A stretch of 32,000 bases of DNA from Acaryochloris marina MBIC11017 (GTDB lineage: Bacteria > Cyanobacteriota > Cyanobacteriia > Thermosynechococcales > Thermosynechococcaceae): the NCBI RefSeq assembly GCF_000018105.1, contig NC_009925.1, positions 4,440,001 through 4,472,000 on the forward strand, in the 5' to 3' direction. The notes under the pieces were generated by a model that saw nothing but the letters and a program-made list of their open reading frames with translations, searched no databases and was not told the DNA's origin. Positions within the stretch are counted from its first letter, which is position 1. The number at the start of each line of letters is the position of its first letter. Both the position numbers and the translations under genes were made by a program. Below are positions 28,640 through 32,000 of the stretch, piece by piece.

Positions 28640-29002
28640 TTACTTAGCCAATTTAGATTTAGGCTTCTTCTTCGCTTGATTGCGAAGAGCAGCTTCTACG
28701 GCAGAGTCCAACCACACCTTCAGTTCATCTAAATTCTCGTAAATGTCGATTGGCAAGAGATAGTAGGACATCACCATAGGCTTCTCTTTACGATCGTAGA
28801 TAAATGGTCTGCTACCTGCTTCAACAAAAAATGGTTGATTTTCTCCATCCGCTTTGAGATAAATCCGTTCATCTGCAATCAAGGCAAACATCACCCCTTC
28901 CACGTATAGACCATGTCCTCCAAACATAGGTCGAGCAGAAACGGGGGCCAGATGGTTGAGGCGTTCCAATACTGAACTGACAAATGTCGAGGATGTTGGC
29001 AT
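28640..29002 (-). CDS. TfoX/Sxy N-terminal-domain protein
   Basis: 120 aa. RPMFGGHGLYVEGVMFALIADERIYLKAD is the TfoX_N pattern. There is no C-terminal TfoX domain. Confidence 0.75.
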   Translation of the reverse strand: MPTSSTFVSSVLERLNHLAPVSARPMFGGHGLYVEGVMFALIADERIYLKADGENQPFFVEAGSRPFIYDRKEKPMVMSYYLLPIDIYENLDELKVWLDSAVEAALRNQAKKKPKSKLAK

Positions 29003-29074
29003 GGAAATGTGCTTTCTCCGAAAGGATAGATATACGGTTGAAGAGCAAGCTTAAAATCTCAGTTGAACCATAGC

Positions 29075-29467
29075 ATGAACAAAACAATAGCTCGATGGTT
29101 TCTAGCCTTAGGAATGATGACAGCGGGCACCTTTCATTGGCTGACGCCCCATCCTTTTGTCCAAATGATGCCCACCTTTCTGCCTTATCCCTTGGAGTTA
29201 GTTTACATTAGCGGTTTCTTTGAGATTCTAGGGGGTATCGGATTACTCATTCCCCGAGTCAGTCGAGCCGCTGCTTGGGGGCTTATTCTCCTATTTATTG
29301 CTGTATTCCCAGCCAATATCAATATGGCAGTCAACGACCTAGTCATCGATGGACTGCCCCATAATTTGGTGGCCTATTGGTTAAGGCTTCCACTCCAAGG
29401 AGTCTTAATTGCATGGGCTTGGTGGTTTACAAAGCCAGATTTACCAGCTAGTCAAAACATTCGCTGA
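29075..29467 (+). CDS. DoxX-like small integral membrane protein
   Basis: About 130 aa with four hydrophobic helices. FEILGGIGLLIP and FPANINMA are DoxX-like. The ATG at 29075 is preferred to the TTG at 29063. Confidence 0.55.
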   Translation: MNKTIARWFLALGMMTAGTFHWLTPHPFVQMMPTFLPYPLELVYISGFFEILGGIGLLIPRVSRAAAWGLILLFIAVFPANINMAVNDLVIDGLPHNLVAYWLRLPLQGVLIAWAWWFTKPDLPASQNIR

Positions 29468-29489
29468 TTCAGCACCTTTCGCCCCTGCC

Positions 29490-30848
29490 ATGGCCTCGTC
29501 CACTCCCATCAATCATGATCTCAAGTCTTTTTTTCGGCTAGCTATCATCAACGTCCTTGCTAACTTGATGGTGCCCCTGGCAGGACTGTTTGATGTTGCT
29601 TTTTTGGGGCATCTCGATCAGTTGTGGTATTTAGCTGGCGTTGCCCTGGCCACGGTGCTGTTTAACTATCTCTATTGGACCTTTGGCTTTCTAAGAATGG
29701 GAACCACGGGTATGACAGCTCAGGCCTTGGGAAGAAATGACTCCGACGCAATGCTGCTAGTGGGCCTTCGTAATGGGGTAGTCGCTGTAGGGTTAGGGCT
29801 GGGTATTCTACTCTTGCAATGGCCGATTAAAGCGTTGGGATTTAGTCTGCTGAGCGCCATGCCAGCAGTCAAAGCGGCCGGTATGGACTACTTTGACGCT
29901 CTGATTTGGGGAGCACCCGCAACATTGCTCAATTTTGTCGTGGTGGGATGGTACTTAGGGCGAGCCCAAAGTCGAAAGGTCTTGCTGCTGTCTGGAGTCA
30001 ATAATTTTACGAATGTCGGCTTCAATTACCTCTTTATTGTTCAGTGGGGATGGCAAAGTACCGGAGCCGGTGCTGCTACAGCTCTGAGCCAATATCTAAT
30101 GCTGGGGGTAGGATTAGCCTTGATAGGTAGAGATATCTCCTGGCCTCAACTCCAAACGGTCTGGCCCCAAGTGCTTCAAGGAACAGCGCTTCGGCAAACA
30201 TTGACCTTCAATCGAGACATCTTAGTACGAACCTTTGCCCTGATTTCTACGTTTGCCGTATTTACCAACTTAAGTTCTGACCTAGGTACAGATGTCTTAT
30301 CAACCAATACCTTGCTGTTACAGGTGGTCACCCTTGCATCCTACTTTATCGATGGCATCGCGTTTGCGATGGAAAGTGTAACGGGGGTTCTGAGCCAGCA
30401 AAATCAACCTCAGCGTTTGCGGCAGCTGCTGACCTTATCAGGTTTTACCAGCGTTGGCTTAGGGGTTGGTTTCGCCTTAGCGTTCTATCTATTCCCTCAA
30501 CCGCTATTTAGTCTGCTCACCCATCATCCAGAAGTTTTGGCCCAGGTCAATCAGTATGTGGTTTGGCTTCTGCCTGTATTGGGTTTCGGTGCGATTGCGT
30601 ATTTGTTAGATGGTTATTTTCTAGGCTTAACAGCGGGCCAACACCTTCGCCATTCTGTATTAATCGCCACATTGTTTGGGTTCCTTCCTCTAGCAATAGC
30701 GTCATGGTATTGGCAGCAAGTTCACTTGCTCTGGTTAGCGCTAGCTCTATTTATGGGCAGCCGGGCCATTGTCATGGTCATCCAAGTTCCTCGGTCACTC
30801 AAGCGTGCCCATGGAACACCTGTTGTTCATTCTGGTCAAAAAGGGTAG
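29490..30848 (+). CDS. MATE-family efflux transporter (DinF-like)
   Basis: About 452 aa from Met28 of the track ORF, with a 12-TM-like hydrophobicity pattern. N-terminal LAIINVLANLMVPLAGLFDVAFLGHL is typical of MATE. The upstream extension overlaps the DoxX-like gene and is rejected. Confidence 0.8.
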   Translation: MASSTPINHDLKSFFRLAIINVLANLMVPLAGLFDVAFLGHLDQLWYLAGVALATVLFNYLYWTFGFLRMGTTGMTAQALGRNDSDAMLLVGLRNGVVAVGLGLGILLLQWPIKALGFSLLSAMPAVKAAGMDYFDALIWGAPATLLNFVVVGWYLGRAQSRKVLLLSGVNNFTNVGFNYLFIVQWGWQSTGAGAATALSQYLMLGVGLALIGRDISWPQLQTVWPQVLQGTALRQTLTFNRDILVRTFALISTFAVFTNLSSDLGTDVLSTNTLLLQVVTLASYFIDGIAFAMESVTGVLSQQNQPQRLRQLLTLSGFTSVGLGVGFALAFYLFPQPLFSLLTHHPEVLAQVNQYVVWLLPVLGFGAIAYLLDGYFLGLTAGQHLRHSVLIATLFGFLPLAIASWYWQQVHLLWLALALFMGSRAIVMVIQVPRSLKRAHGTPVVHSGQKG

Positions 30849-30913
30849 GGACCCTCTGCTATGGATCTGGCGAGCCTCCCGGTTACTGACGGATAGAGTC
30901 CAGGACGTACCCC

Positions 30914-31387
30914 ATGTTCAGAAAAACTCTGCTGGCTTGTTTTCTCACCCCCATCGGCCTCATCCCATTCCTTCAACCTCAAGCTGCTTGGGCCTGTAGC
31001 TGTATGCAAAGTACACCAGAAGAGCAGATGGAACAGGCGGATGTAGTGTTTACAGGGCGAGTAATTGATCGGAAGATGAAGGCCATTGAGACTCAGCCGT
31101 TTGGTGGTCGTACCTGGGTGCAATGGACTTTTGAAGTGGAATCAGATCACAAAGGATCTGTATCTGAACAAGTGACGGTTGAGAGTGCGTCTAATAGTGC
31201 GGCCTGTGGGATTAATTTTCAACTCGGAGAGCGCTTTCAGGTGTTCGCCAATCAGAACAAAACAGCTCTAAGGGCTTCTCTCTGTTCCGGCACACGAGCT
31301 TTGAGAGATGGTCAACAAGAGCAATCTCAGGCACCATCCCCATGCGCAGGTGGGCATGGGAATAGGGCACCTGAAGCGACAAACTGA
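30914..31387 (+). CDS. secreted TIMP/NTR-like protein (N-terminal Cys-x-Cys after the signal peptide)
   Basis: The signal peptide ends ..QAAWA and is followed by CSCMQSTPEEQMEQADVVFTGRVI, compared with TIMP [25 protein letters not shown]. The later ACGINFQLGERFQVFAN...LCSG gives Cys spacing consistent with an OB-fold NTR module. Confidence 0.5.
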   Translation: MFRKTLLACFLTPIGLIPFLQPQAAWACSCMQSTPEEQMEQADVVFTGRVIDRKMKAIETQPFGGRTWVQWTFEVESDHKGSVSEQVTVESASNSAACGINFQLGERFQVFANQNKTALRASLCSGTRALRDGQQEQSQAPSPCAGGHGNRAPEATN

Positions 31388-31407
31388 TTCGATGGTCAGT
31401 TTTCCTC

Positions 31408-32000
31408 TTATTTCAATTGAGCTAAAAGCTGCTTCTGAGCATCATCCAAAGCATCTGCTAATTTACTTGGATCCCGTCCGCCTGCTTGAGCTAAGTTGGG
31501 ACGACCGCCGCCGCCGCCGCCGCATTGTTTTGCGATCGCACCCACAAACTTCCCAGCCTGCAGGCCCTGTTCAATCACCTTCGGACTAAATGCTGCCACC
31601 AAACTCACCTTGCCTTCCGCAGGTACAGACCCCAGAACCACCGCACCTTCACCCAGTTTTTGAAGTAGCCTTCCTGCAGCCGTTTTCAAGGATTCGGAAT
31701 CAACCCCTTCCAGTTGAGACACCAAAACTTTAACCTCGCCCGCTGGTTCCGCTTGGTCTAGAAGCTGTTCAGATTTAACTAACGCTAACTGCGCTTTTAG
31801 GGTATCCAATTGTTTTTGAGCCGTTTTTAGGTCCGCTTGTAGTGTCGTGATTCGCTCTGGCAGTTCTTCCGGCTTCGCTTTAAACCGATCGCTCAAATCC
31901 CGAACCACAGCATCCCGAACATTTAGATACTCTAGGACAGCAGGGCCAGCAATAGCCTCAATCCGACGCACACCTGAGGCCACACCTGCTTCCGTCACGA
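31408..32000 (-). CDS. alaS: alanine--tRNA ligase, C-terminal part (gene continues beyond the window)
   Basis: The ORF is open to the window edge. It has the coiled-coil linker and the C-terminal DHHA1-type block [26 protein letters not shown] typical of AlaRS. Confidence 0.9.
   Translation of the reverse strand, partial: VTEAGVASGVRRIEAIAGPAVLEYLNVRDAVVRDLSDRFKAKPEELPERITTLQADLKTAQKQLDTLKAQLALVKSEQLLDQAEPAGEVKVLVSQLEGVDSESLKTAAGRLLQKLGEGAVVLGSVPAEGKVSLVAAFSPKVIEQGLQAGKFVGAIAKQCGGGGGGRPNLAQAGGRDPSKLADALDDAQKQLLAQLK

Noticed and set aside
29409-29489. N-terminal extensions of track ORFs: MATE 29409, cyAbrB 3718..3798, esterase 6004..6054, aspS 7978..8004, DUF1361-like 9411..9458, tsaB 9490..9513, cobN 16760..16828.
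   Set aside because: In each case an internal Met yields the family-typical N-terminus or signal peptide. It also removes an overlap or an implausible leader, and for cobN it lies behind a GGAAGGAG Shine-Dalgarno.
1-32000. tRNA, rRNA or tmRNA genes anywhere in the window.
   Set aside because: I found no GTTCGAATC/GGTTCAAATCC-type T-arm motifs with matching acceptor stems and no rRNA-like conserved blocks on visual scanning. tRNAscan/Infernal would confirm.

Overview
This window is a cyanobacterial chromosome segment. The evidence is 13 copies of the HIP1 palindrome GCGATCGC, psb27, a cyAbrB-type regulator, and cbiD/cobN. About 24 kb is ordinary, intact core genome: argH, an ABC permease, cyAbrB, an esterase, aspS, tsaB, tatA, psb27, cbiD, guaA, a GAF hybrid histidine kinase, cobN, a TfoX-like gene, a DoxX-like gene, a MATE transporter, a TIMP-like secreted protein and the 3' end of alaS. 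The one accessory region is about 8 kb between cobN and the TfoX-like gene (20636..28639). There, three head-to-tail minus-strand ORFs appear to be a single exoprotein gene of about 1,600 codons (G8 domain, beta-helix, PKD, about 47 RTX nonapeptides). It is broken by three single-nucleotide frameshifts. One IS630-family element sits inside its last codons, and a second, unrelated IS630-family element sits 37 bp upstream of its start. Removing the first IS in silico restores an in-frame C-terminus (...LTLNSSAFTFV-stop). I found no rRNA, tRNA or CRISPR array, and no convincing novel multi-gene system such as a defence or secretion operon. Two AT-rich ORF-free spacers (about 1.2 kb and 0.8 kb) remain unexplained. 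All family assignments come from motif recognition by eye, with no database search.
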